Positions 8,231-17,516 of a DNA stretch of 64,000 nt are shown here, in pieces (position 1 is the first letter of the stretch; each line of letters starts with the position of its first letter). The translations under genes were made by a program, and so were the position numbers. Under the pieces are notes generated by a model. It ran no database searches, was not told the origin of the DNA, and worked only from the letters and a program-made list of their open reading frames with translations. The stretch spans positions 20,022 to 84,021 of the forward strand of contig CAJYAP010000002.1 of assembly GCA_913065025.1 (NCBI GenBank), read 5' to 3'. The stretch is from an uncultured Gammaproteobacteria bacterium. GTDB lineage: Bacteria; Pseudomonadota; Gammaproteobacteria; Poriferisulfidales; GCA-002705445.

Positions 8231-10385
8231 AAACTTTTTCTTTGTCTTTTTTTCTAATCATCAATATAACTGAAAATATAAAAATACTAATAATAAAAAA
8301 TAAAATATACAGTAATGTAAAATTAGCTTTATTCCACAAATTAATACTCTTATATCTTATTTCATCATTTATTCTTTTATACTTTAGCGTGTTATTTGCC
8401 ATTAAATTTGACTCAACATTTTCTACCCACTTATGAGAGAGTGAGAATGATTTTGGGTGAAAACCCCATATCCAAGGACTGTCTTTTTGAATTATTTCTA
8501 ATATATTTTTTATAATTTTTCCTCTTTGTGAGGAATTTCTCATGTTTTTCATTTTTAAAAATAATTCATCGAATTCTTGGCTTTCATAGTTTGAGGCATT
8601 TTCTCCTCCATATTTAACTTTTCCATTTTTACTATACAAAAGAAACAGGAAATTTTCGGGGTCAGGGTAATCAGCGTTCCAACCCCATTGGAATATTTGC
8701 CCAGTTCCACTAATCATTTTTTCCTGAAAACGATTATAATCAGTAACTCTTGTAACTAATTGTATATTTATTTTTTTAAATTGTTTTCTTAGCCAATTTA
8801 GGAATGCATATGTATCTGCTCCTGCTCCTGTTGCCTCAAAGTATAATATTAATGGTTTTCCAGTTTGGCTATCTATACCATTATCATAACCTGCTTTAGT
8901 TAGTAACTTCTTTGCCTGATCTATATTTTTCTTAATTATTTTTCCACTTTGTAGCTCAAATATAGTTTTATTAAAATTATTTTTTCCGTCTTGATATCCA
9001 AATATGCCTGGTGGTAATGGACTCTGAGCAACAATACCTCTTCCATTTGTAAATATAGATATATATTCATCGTAATCTATAGCAATTGATATTGCTTGTC
9101 TTAAAAATCTAGATCTTTCGCTATGACCACCAATAACAGTATCGAGCATATTAAACCCAATATAATAAGTAGAAGCTGAGGTTGCTGTTGTTAAATGAAT
9201 CCCTTTATCCTCTAGCTCTTTATTTAATGATATGTCTCCAGAATTATTTAATGAGACTGCTTGATCATAATTATCTGAAGCTATTCCAGAATTGTCATAA
9301 TACCCTTGAAGAAATTTATTCCATCTTGGTATCTGTTCTTTTTCAAGAGAATAAATAGCTTTATCTAAAAAAGGTACTTCTTTTGAATTGTTAAATGAAA
9401 CCAGTTTTTTATTGATTATTTTATCTTCCAAGGAAGGGTAAATCTCTCCTCTGAAATTTTTGTTATATTCTAAAATCATCCTTAAATTTGGATTATTTTC
9501 AGTAAGTTTGAATGGTCCTGTTCCAACTGGAAACCAGTTTAAAGTAATATTCTTCTTTTGAAGACCTTGTTGACTATAAAATAAATCTGCCTCCCATGGC
9601 ATAGGAGAAAAGAAAGGCATTGCCAACCAATATATGAATTGCGGGTACTGTTTTTTTAAAATTATTGAAAATGTGTATTTATCAATTTTTCTAACACCTT
9701 TGATGTTATATGATCTTACAAAATTAATTTTTTCCTTACTATTACTGAATTGTAGATTTTGTAATTTATTTTTATATTCACCAAAACCCAAAATATAATC
9801 TTGCATTACTCCAGATATAGGCGAGTGATTTTTATAATCTGCTAAACGCTTAATTTGATAAATGTAATCATCTGATGTTAATTCTCTAGTTTCGTCATCT
9901 TTAAAGTCTTTTAAAGTATTTATATTCTCTAGATCGATTTCAGATATTTCGTGATATATATAATCTTCATTAATTTTAAAAAAAGCTGGATGATTTTGAT
10001 ACAAAATACCTTTTTTAATTTTTAAAATATATTTAGTATATACAGCTTTATTCTTATCTTTTGTATTTTTAAAATCTTTATCAAAATAATGTAATTCTGG
10101 CATTTCCCTTGCTGTCAATGGGATCAATTCATATGGTTTCTTTAAATAATGATATTGATACAGTGGTTCATATATTTGCGCTATAAATGCATATTCGTTT
10201 GAACTGTATGAGCGAGCAGGATCTAAATGCTTTGGTCTCTCTTGAAATGATGAGTAAAAAACTTTGCTGCTTTTATCGTTACTACCGTAAGGACTATTTA
10301 GTGGTTTCTCTGAGCATCCTCCTAATGTAAGTATTGATATCAAAAAGGTATATTTAATAAATCTTAGCATTTTTAAGTTACTCAA
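8223..10385 (-). CDS. yejA: Family-5 extracellular solute-binding protein (YejA-like), with a lipobox and a C-terminal TM helix
   Basis: N-terminal LTLGGCSE lipobox and an SBP_bac_5-like body (WGWNADYPDPENF). The C-terminus FTLLYILFFIISIFIFSVILMIRKKDK is a hydrophobic anchor. First gene of the operon. Confidence 0.75.
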   Translation of the reverse strand: MSNLKMLRFIKYTFLISILTLGGCSEKPLNSPYGSNDKSSKVFYSSFQERPKHLDPARSYSSNEYAFIAQIYEPLYQYHYLKKPYELIPLTAREMPELHYFDKDFKNTKDKNKAVYTKYILKIKKGILYQNHPAFFKINEDYIYHEISEIDLENINTLKDFKDDETRELTSDDYIYQIKRLADYKNHSPISGVMQDYILGFGEYKNKLQNLQFSNSKEKINFVRSYNIKGVRKIDKYTFSIILKKQYPQFIYWLAMPFFSPMPWEADLFYSQQGLQKKNITLNWFPVGTGPFKLTENNPNLRMILEYNKNFRGEIYPSLEDKIINKKLVSFNNSKEVPFLDKAIYSLEKEQIPRWNKFLQGYYDNSGIASDNYDQAVSLNNSGDISLNKELEDKGIHLTTATSASTYYIGFNMLDTVIGGHSERSRFLRQAISIAIDYDEYISIFTNGRGIVAQSPLPPGIFGYQDGKNNFNKTIFELQSGKIIKKNIDQAKKLLTKAGYDNGIDSQTGKPLILYFEATGAGADTYAFLNWLRKQFKKINIQLVTRVTDYNRFQEKMISGTGQIFQWGWNADYPDPENFLFLLYSKNGKVKYGGENASNYESQEFDELFLKMKNMRNSSQRGKIIKNILEIIQKDSPWIWGFHPKSFSLSHKWVENVESNLMANNTLKYKRINDEIRYKSINLWNKANFTLLYILFFIISIFIFSVILMIRKKDKEKVYD

Positions 10386-10451
10386 ATTATAATTTTATAA
10401 TTATAATATATTTTACTGCATAATAAATAAAATATGATATACAATACGTAA

Positions 10452-11237
10452 ATGAAATTTTTAGAAGGAAAAAAAGCTCTAGTCTTAGGTATTGCAAGCA
10501 ACAGATCCATTGCTTGGGGTATTTCTGATTCTTTAAAAAAAAATGGCGCTGAGTTAGCATTTACCTACCAAAATGATAAATTAAAAGATAGGGTCGAGAA
10601 ATTAGCAGCGGAATGCGATTCAGATATTATTATGCCATGCGATGTTTCAGAAGATGGGAGTATAAAAAATATGCTAGATCAACTTTCAAATAGATGGCAT
10701 GAATTTGACATTATAGTTCATTCATTAGCATTCGCACCAAGAGAAGAGTTAGAAGGGAATTATGTTGATAAAACTACAAAAGAAGGATTTTTATCTGCGC
10801 ACAGCATAAGTAGTTATAGTTTGCTAGAGCTTTGTAAAGAAGCGAAACCTATGTTGAAAGGCTCAAACCCTTCTGTTATATCACTTTCTTATCTTGGAGC
10901 TGTTCGTGGAATGCCAAACTATAACGTTATGGGTGTAGCAAAAGCAAGTCTTGAAGCTAACGTAAGATATTTAGCATACTCTATGGGAGAAAATAATATC
11001 AGAGTAAATTGTATATCAGCAGGCCCAATAAAAACCTTGGCTGCTGCCGGAATATCTGATTTCAGAAAAATGCTAGATCACGTAGAAAAAAATTCGCCTT
11101 TAAAGAGAAATGTAACCATTCAAGAAGTTGGTGAAACTGCATCTTTTCTTGCATCGGATGGAGCAAGCGGTATTACGGGTCAGGTACTTTATGTTGATTC
11201 TGGATTTAATATTATTGGAATGCCGGCAATAGATTAA
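10452..11237 (+). CDS. fabI: Enoyl-[acyl-carrier-protein] reductase (NADH) FabI
   Basis: GIASNRSIAWGI, YNVMGVAKASLEA (Y-x6-K) and NCISAGPIKT. Confidence 0.93.
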   Translation: MKFLEGKKALVLGIASNRSIAWGISDSLKKNGAELAFTYQNDKLKDRVEKLAAECDSDIIMPCDVSEDGSIKNMLDQLSNRWHEFDIIVHSLAFAPREELEGNYVDKTTKEGFLSAHSISSYSLLELCKEAKPMLKGSNPSVISLSYLGAVRGMPNYNVMGVAKASLEANVRYLAYSMGENNIRVNCISAGPIKTLAAAGISDFRKMLDHVEKNSPLKRNVTIQEVGETASFLASDGASGITGQVLYVDSGFNIIGMPAID

Positions 11238-11240
11238 AAC

Positions 11241-12473
11241 TTATTTTCCGACAACGCTAACACAACAAGAATCACCAAAAACATTAACACTTGTTCGAAG
11301 CATATCAAGTACTCTATCAATTCCTAGAATAATAGCTACAGCTTCAATAGGCAAGCCTACAGCACTGAGAATAACTATTATTGCAACAAAGCTAGCTGAT
11401 GGTATGCCAGCAACGCCAATAGATGTAATTAAAGCTAAAGATAATATTAAGAATTGATCTATATAAGTTAAATCAATTCCGTATAATTGAGCAATAAAAA
11501 TTACAGCAACACATTCAAATAAAGCTGTACCATCCATATTTATGGTTGCACCCAAAGGAATAATAAAATTGACGCGATCTTCTTTATAGTTAAGATCATC
11601 AATTAAACATTTTGTGGTAACTGGAATAGTTGCAACTGATGAACTCGAGGAAAAAGCGACTAATAAAGCAGAACTCATGCCTTTAAAATGCTGATATATA
11701 TTTCTTTTAAAAATATATAAAACTAATGGATAAAATATTAACATATGTATCAAAAGAGCAATTATTACAGTTATAAAGAAATTAGATAATATTATATAGC
11801 TTTCTGGATTAAAATTAATAACAGTCTTAGCCACAAGACAAAATACTCCAAATGGCATAAAGAATAATATATATCTCATGATTTTTAAGAAAACAAGATA
11901 AATGCCTTCCCAAAAAAATCTTATTGTATCCATGCTTTTAGAAGATGATGATCTTATAGCTAATCCGAAAACAATACTAAATAAAATAACAAATAACATA
12001 TTTCCATTAGCTATAGAAAGAAAAATGTTTCCCGAAAATATGTTTAATAAAAAATAACTCAAAGAATAGTTATCTTGAGAATTTACCATAAAATCTAAAT
12101 TATCACTTGATGCTAAACCAAGAATCTTGGCACCCCCTCCGCCATTAAATAAACCAGGTTGGACAATATTTACAACAAAAATACCTATTGTAATGGCAGC
12201 TAAGCTTGTAAAGACATAGAATAATATTGTTTTAAAACCTAGTCCAGACAAGTCATTTGTAGATTTAAATGAAGCTATATTAAAGATCAATGAAGACATT
12301 ATTAGGGGAACAACTATCATTTTTAAAGAGTTTATAAATATTGATCCAAATAACTCAAAAAAATTGTAATAATTAAAACCTAAAAATGAGTCATTCTTAT
12401 CTAAATATATCCCTGAAAAAAATCCTAAAAATAAAAATAAAAAGATTAATTTAGATGATGGTAATTTTTCCAT
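11241..12473 (-). CDS. Dicarboxylate/amino acid:cation symporter (DAACS family)
   Basis: 410-aa polytopic protein. Motifs SSSSVATIPVT and DGTALFE plus DRVLDMLRTSVNVFGD are typical of GltP/SstT-type carriers. Confidence 0.8.
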   Translation of the reverse strand: MEKLPSSKLIFLFLFLGFFSGIYLDKNDSFLGFNYYNFFELFGSIFINSLKMIVVPLIMSSLIFNIASFKSTNDLSGLGFKTILFYVFTSLAAITIGIFVVNIVQPGLFNGGGGAKILGLASSDNLDFMVNSQDNYSLSYFLLNIFSGNIFLSIANGNMLFVILFSIVFGLAIRSSSSKSMDTIRFFWEGIYLVFLKIMRYILFFMPFGVFCLVAKTVINFNPESYIILSNFFITVIIALLIHMLIFYPLVLYIFKRNIYQHFKGMSSALLVAFSSSSSVATIPVTTKCLIDDLNYKEDRVNFIIPLGATINMDGTALFECVAVIFIAQLYGIDLTYIDQFLILSLALITSIGVAGIPSASFVAIIVILSAVGLPIEAVAIILGIDRVLDMLRTSVNVFGDSCCVSVVGK

Positions 12474-12482
12474 TTGTCTTAG

Positions 12483-14366
12483 TTATAAATTCTTAGAATA
12501 GATTTTTATGTTAGCTTGTTCACGTAAGCTTTGAATAACTGAGTACAAAACTGCATTCACCTGTTCATTATAAAACATAGACTTTAATGATTTATTACTT
12601 AGATCAGAATCACCATTTTTGACGCTTTCTAAAACTATTAACTCATAGTTTCCAGTTCCAGACTCTATACTTGTAACATTATTATTTTTTGTGAGTGAAA
12701 ATAATTTTAATAAAATTGAAGGAGGGATATTCTTATCAGATCTTCCTACGTCTAAATAACTTGTTACTTTCTTATTTGTTAATTTCTCTATTTCAGATAT
12801 ATCTGAGCCACTGCTTAATTTTTTTTCAATATCTTTAATTGTATCTTTCATTGAAACTATAGAATTCTCAGTATTAATTAATGCTTCAATTTCCTTTTCT
12901 ACGGATTGATATTTTTTATAAACCACAGGAGATTTATCTTTTATTCTTAACATAACTAGATTTTCATTTACTTCTAAAGGCTGGCTATTTAGATTTTCTT
13001 TATACACACCATCAGAACCAATTGCACTTAAAACAATTTCATTATTCAGTATTTTATGATTTTTTTTTATTTTTGATAATGTGGATAACCCTGTTGTGAT
13101 TTTTTTAACTGAAAGAAACTCTTCAGCTTTGTCTAATGAACTTGGGTTTTCGAATAAAATATTTGAAACGTCTTCGTAAATTGTTTCGTATCTATTGGTA
13201 ATTTGTGAGTCTTCGTAATCTCTTTTTACAATATTTTTAACTTCTTTAAATTTCTTAACTTTAGCTTCTTGAATATTATCAAGTTTAAATATATAGAAAC
13301 CCTGATCTGTAGACAAAACTTCAGAGATATCGTTGATATTTTCTAAATTGAATATTATATCACTAATATTTTTTGATAAATCAAATCTTGAAACCCAACC
13401 TATGTCACCCTCTTTTTTATTTGATAACTGATCATTCGAATATTCAGTCGCTAAGGACTCAAATATATCATTACTTTTTAATTTTGTAAGAATTGTATTA
13501 ATTAATTCTGAGTTACTTTCTTTATTTCCTTTAATATTTGACAGAAATATTTGCTTTACTCTTCTTTTTTCAGCAGTAATATATTTGAATTTATTTTCAT
13601 TGTAATAATTTTCAATATTTTCTGAGCTAATGTTAATCTGTTTTTTTAATATTTTTTTATTAAAAACTAAATATTCAACATTAAACTTTTCTGGCATTGA
13701 AAATATATTTTTATACTTAACATAGAAATCTTTTTTTTCTTTTTCTGAAGATATTTTTTTATTATCTATAAAATCTTTGTAGCTAAGAGATAATAATTTA
13801 AAATCTCTTGTTTGATACTTTAGTTTTTCTAAATCCTTTAATTGTTCTGTTGCTATAAATGATGATTCTACAATATTATTGTAGAATTGAAGTGTTTTAA
13901 GCTCTGAATTTCTTATTCTTTCGTAATCAGATGTTTTTATTCCTTGGCTTTCAAGCAATTTCTGATACCTAGATGGGTTAAATTTTTTTTCAGTATGAAA
14001 TATTTTATTATCTCTTATATCAGATATTAAAGTTCTTTCTGATATTTGAAATTTGTTCTTATTTACAAATTCTCTAACTAAGATACTATCTATTAATTCA
14101 TCCAATACTGATCTTTTAATTATTTTCTTTTGAAGATCTGCTTCATTCTGATCCTTGGATATCATGTCTTGCATTTGTCGCAATCTACTTTGATATTCAT
14201 TGTTCAATCTTTCTGAAGAAATTTTTGTTTCATTAATTTCTGCAACTATTACATTACCACCAGTAAAATATTGATCTATACCCCATAATACAAATGGTAT
14301 ACTTATACCAATTACTATTACATAAGCAATCCAGCCTGTTGTTTTATCTCTAATATTTTGCAGCAA
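12483..14366 (-). CDS. ppiD: Periplasmic chaperone / peptidyl-prolyl isomerase PpiD
   Basis: TTG start giving MLQNIRDKTTGWIAYVIVIGISIPFVLWG (N-terminal anchor), preceded by AAGGAAG SD. Contains a parvulin-like segment and sits downstream of hupB. Confidence 0.85.
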   Translation of the reverse strand: MLQNIRDKTTGWIAYVIVIGISIPFVLWGIDQYFTGGNVIVAEINETKISSERLNNEYQSRLRQMQDMISKDQNEADLQKKIIKRSVLDELIDSILVREFVNKNKFQISERTLISDIRDNKIFHTEKKFNPSRYQKLLESQGIKTSDYERIRNSELKTLQFYNNIVESSFIATEQLKDLEKLKYQTRDFKLLSLSYKDFIDNKKISSEKEKKDFYVKYKNIFSMPEKFNVEYLVFNKKILKKQINISSENIENYYNENKFKYITAEKRRVKQIFLSNIKGNKESNSELINTILTKLKSNDIFESLATEYSNDQLSNKKEGDIGWVSRFDLSKNISDIIFNLENINDISEVLSTDQGFYIFKLDNIQEAKVKKFKEVKNIVKRDYEDSQITNRYETIYEDVSNILFENPSSLDKAEEFLSVKKITTGLSTLSKIKKNHKILNNEIVLSAIGSDGVYKENLNSQPLEVNENLVMLRIKDKSPVVYKKYQSVEKEIEALINTENSIVSMKDTIKDIEKKLSSGSDISEIEKLTNKKVTSYLDVGRSDKNIPPSILLKLFSLTKNNNVTSIESGTGNYELIVLESVKNGDSDLSNKSLKSMFYNEQVNAVLYSVIQSLREQANIKIYSKNL

Positions 14367-14393
14367 CTGTACTTCCTTTTTATATTTTTTACA

Positions 14394-14471
14394 TGGCGGA
14401 GTGGACGGGACTCGAACCCGCGACCCCCTGCGTGACAGGCAGGTATTCTAACCAAACTGAACTACCACTCC
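14394..14471 (-). tRNA. tRNA-Asp (GTC)
   Basis: Reverse complement GGAGTGGTAGTTCAGTTTGGTTAGAATACCTGCCTGTCACGCAGGGGGTCGCGGGTTCGAGTCCCGTCCACTCCGCCA is near-identical to E. coli tRNA-Asp. CCA is encoded. Confidence 0.95.
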
Positions 14472-14488
14472 TAATACTCTACCTTCTT

Positions 14489-14564
14489 TGGTGGGTGCTG
14501 AGGGATTCGAACCCCCGACATCCGCCTTGTAAGGGCGACGCTCTACCAACTGAGCTAAGCACCC
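14489..14564 (-). tRNA. tRNA-Val (TAC)
   Basis: Reverse complement GGGTGCTTAGCTCAGTTGGTAGAGCGTCGCCCTTACAAGGCGGATGTCGGGGGTTCGAATCCCTCAGCACCCACCA. Anticodon loop is CTTACAA. Confidence 0.95.
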
Positions 14565-14582
14565 TGAAAGATAAGGGCGGGC

Positions 14583-14855
14583 TTAGTTTAAGGCATCCTT
14601 AAGAGCTTTACCAGCTTTGAATCCAGGAGTATTTGAAGCTTTTATTTGTATTGACTCACCAGTTTGAGGATTTCTTCCCATTCTTGCATTTCTATGTCTT
14701 ACTTCAAATGTTCCAAATCCAGGTATTGTTACTTTTTCCCCTGATTGCAATGTTGATGTAATTGCACCAAGAACAGCTTCGAGTGCTCTTCCAGCTTCTG
14801 CTTTATTTGAACCTGTAGAATTTGCTATTGCGTCTATTAAGTCTGATTTATTCAT
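14583..14855 (-). CDS. hupB: DNA-binding protein HU-beta
   Basis: MNKSDLIDAIA...GFGTFEVRHRNARMGRNPQTGESIQI..PGFKAGKALKDA is the canonical HU sequence. Located downstream of lon. Confidence 0.95.
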   Translation of the reverse strand: MNKSDLIDAIANSTGSNKAEAGRALEAVLGAITSTLQSGEKVTIPGFGTFEVRHRNARMGRNPQTGESIQIKASNTPGFKAGKALKDALN

Positions 14856-14928
14856 TATTATTATCCTCTAGTATTTGTGTGTGTTTATGAACTAATTATG
14901 CTCACATTTTTTTCCTACATCCTTGTCA

Positions 14929-14958
14929 GTTATACATTAAGGGGAATTTCTCTGTCAA
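14929..14958 (-). promoter_or_regulatory. Candidate sigma70 promoter for hupB (TTGACA - 17/18 nt - gTATAAc)
   Basis: The minus strand reads TTGACAgagaaattccccttaatGTATAAC about 75 nt upstream of the hupB ATG, inside the largest intergenic gap of the window (198 bp). Confidence 0.4.
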
Positions 14959-15053
14959 CACAATAAACATAATAAATATAATTAATTACTAATTATAATA
15001 TTATGTTTAACTAATTTATAGATCTAAATATATGAATTTATTGAACTTATTCT

Positions 15054-17447
15054 TTAATGAGTTAAAACATCCTTTCCTTCAGATTTTCTAGAAATTTTTC
15101 TCTGAGCAAGCTCTAATCCTGGAACTGGTTTCTCTAAAGCAATAGATAAAACTTCCTCTACCCACTCCACGGTTTTAATCTCAAGATTATTTTTTATATT
15201 ATCTGGAATTTCCGCGAGATCTTTTTCATTTTCTAATGGAATTACAACTGTTTTTATTCCGGCCCTATGAGCCGCAAGCATCTTTTCTTTCAACCCACCA
15301 ATAGGTAAAACTTGACCATGAAGATTGACTTCTCCTGTCATAGCCACTGATGATTTTACTGGGTTCTCTGTGAGCGCAGAAACTAACGAGGTGGTTATAC
15401 CAACTCCTGCACTTGGTCCGTCTTTTGGTGTAGCGCCTTCAGGAAAGTGAACGTGTATATCTTTATTCTCATAGAAGTCTTTATCGATTCCAATATTTAA
15501 AGCTCTTTTTCTAACTATCGTCATCGCCGCTCTAATCGACTCCTGCATTACATCACCTAATTGGCCAGTTAAAATGTATTTTCCCTTACCCGGAATAACT
15601 GCCGTCTCAACACTTAGCAGCTCTCCACCAACTTCTGTCCATGCTAATCCATTTACGAGACCAACTACATTTTCTTTTTCTGCCTCTCCATGTTTAAATC
15701 TTTTAACCCCTAAAAAATCTTTGAGATTATTTTTATCTATTTTAATACTTTTTAGTTTTTTATTTAGTAAGAGTTTTTTGACTACTTTTCTACAAATTTT
15801 AGATATTTCTCTTTCTAAATTTCTTACACCAGCTTCTCGAGTATAAGATCTGATGATTTCCAAAAATGTATTTTTATTAAATTTTATATCCTTCTCAGTT
15901 AATCCATTATTTTCAAGCTGTTTTGGCATTAAATATTTTCCAGCAATACTATCTTTTTCATTCTCTGTATAACCAGGTATCCTTATAACTTCCATTCTAT
16001 CTAATAAAGGGCCCGGTATGTTCATTGAGTTTGACGTTGCGACAAACATTACATCAGACAAATCAAAATCAACCTCTAAATAATGATCAGAGAATGTATC
16101 GTTTTGTTCAGAATCAAGCACTTCCAATAGAGCAGAAGATGGATCTCCTCTGAAATCCATAGCCATTTTATCAATTTCGTCTAATAAAAATAATGGGTTC
16201 TTAACACCAACTTTTGATAAATTTTGCATTATCTTTCCAGGTAAAGATCCAATATATGTTCTTCTGTGACCTCTTATTTCTGCCTCATCTCTAACACCAC
16301 CTAAAGACATTCTTGTGAATTTCCTGCCAGTAGCTTTAGCAATTGATTTGCCTAAACTTGTTTTACCAACTCCAGGAGGACCAACTAGACACAAAATAGG
16401 TCCCTTCAGTTTTCTTACTCTTTGTTGAACGGCTAAATACTCAAGAATTCTTTCTTTTACTCTTTCTAAGCCATGATGATCATCTTCAAGAATTTTTTCC
16501 GCAATAACTAAGTCTTTTGTTACCTTAGTTCTCTTCTTCCAAGGTACATTTACTAATACATCAATATAATTTCTTAAAACTGAGGCTTCTGCTGACATTG
16601 GCGACATCATTTTTAATTTATTTACATCGCCTTTAATTTTATTCATTACTTCTTTTGGCATTCCAGATTTAACAATCTTTTTCTCGATGTCTTCAATCTC
16701 ATTTGGGACATCATCCATGTCTCCTAATTCTTTTTGGATAGCTTTCATTTGTTCATTCAAATAATATTCTCTCTGACTTTTCTCCATTTGATTTTTAACC
16801 CTTCCTCGAATTTTTTTCTCAACCTGAAGGATGTCTAGTTCATTTTCAATCAAATTAATAATACTTTCAATTCTATCCTTAACATCACTAATCTCTAAAA
16901 TAGTTTGCTTTTCTTCCATTTTTAAAACCAAATGAGCAGCAATAGTGTCTGCAAGTCTTGATGGGTCATCTATACCTGATAAAGATGTCATAACCTCAGG
17001 AGCAATTTTTTTATTTAACTTCACATACTGATCAAAAGAATCAATTACTGATCTTGATAGTATCTCTATTTCTCTATCACCAATAATTTTTTCTTCTACA
17101 ATATCGACTTTTGCTTCAAAGTATTCATCGCCATATATCTTTCCTTGGATTTCAGCTCTATTCGCCCCTTCCACTAAAACTTTTATTGTTCCATCTGGAA
17201 GTTTTAACAATTGTAGTACTGTAGCTAAAGTTCCAAATCTATAAATGTCTCCATCTTGAGGATCATCTAAGTCAGCAGTTTTCTGAGCTACCAACATAAT
17301 CTGTTTATTTGCATCCATGGCAACTTCTAAGGATTTTATAGATTTTTCCCTACCCACAAATAACGGTATCACCATATTTGGAAATACAATTACATCTCTA
17401 AGGGGAAGTACAGGGAAGACTAGGGCATCAGAATTACTTTTTTTCAT
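15054..17447 (-). CDS. lon: ATP-dependent Lon protease
   Basis: 797 aa with GPPGVGKTS Walker A, the proteolytic site DGPSAGV and the N-terminal LPLRDVIVFP LON domain. Confidence 0.97.
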   Translation of the reverse strand: MKKSNSDALVFPVLPLRDVIVFPNMVIPLFVGREKSIKSLEVAMDANKQIMLVAQKTADLDDPQDGDIYRFGTLATVLQLLKLPDGTIKVLVEGANRAEIQGKIYGDEYFEAKVDIVEEKIIGDREIEILSRSVIDSFDQYVKLNKKIAPEVMTSLSGIDDPSRLADTIAAHLVLKMEEKQTILEISDVKDRIESIINLIENELDILQVEKKIRGRVKNQMEKSQREYYLNEQMKAIQKELGDMDDVPNEIEDIEKKIVKSGMPKEVMNKIKGDVNKLKMMSPMSAEASVLRNYIDVLVNVPWKKRTKVTKDLVIAEKILEDDHHGLERVKERILEYLAVQQRVRKLKGPILCLVGPPGVGKTSLGKSIAKATGRKFTRMSLGGVRDEAEIRGHRRTYIGSLPGKIMQNLSKVGVKNPLFLLDEIDKMAMDFRGDPSSALLEVLDSEQNDTFSDHYLEVDFDLSDVMFVATSNSMNIPGPLLDRMEVIRIPGYTENEKDSIAGKYLMPKQLENNGLTEKDIKFNKNTFLEIIRSYTREAGVRNLEREISKICRKVVKKLLLNKKLKSIKIDKNNLKDFLGVKRFKHGEAEKENVVGLVNGLAWTEVGGELLSVETAVIPGKGKYILTGQLGDVMQESIRAAMTIVRKRALNIGIDKDFYENKDIHVHFPEGATPKDGPSAGVGITTSLVSALTENPVKSSVAMTGEVNLHGQVLPIGGLKEKMLAAHRAGIKTVVIPLENEKDLAEIPDNIKNNLEIKTVEWVEEVLSIALEKPVPGLELAQRKISRKSEGKDVLTH

Positions 17448-17483
17448 GATTTATCCTTAAAAATTTATTACTCACTATTATAT

Positions 17484-17510
17484 TATGTGGGTATATTTCA
17501 ATATTTCAAG
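17484..17510 (-). promoter_or_regulatory. sigma32 (heat-shock) type promoter upstream of lon
   Basis: The minus strand reads CTTGAAAtattgaaatataCCCACATAA, against the consensus CTTGAAA-N12-14-CCCCATNT. It lies 7 nt after the clpX stop and about 35 nt upstream of the lon ATG (SD AAGGA). Confidence 0.6.
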
Positions 17511-17516
17511 GTGCTT

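Noticed and set aside
14393-14602. 69-aa plus-strand ORF from the supplied track
   Set aside because: It is the antisense of tRNA-Asp and tRNA-Val and of the hupB 3' end. Its apparent GC-rich coding potential is simply the tRNA sequence.
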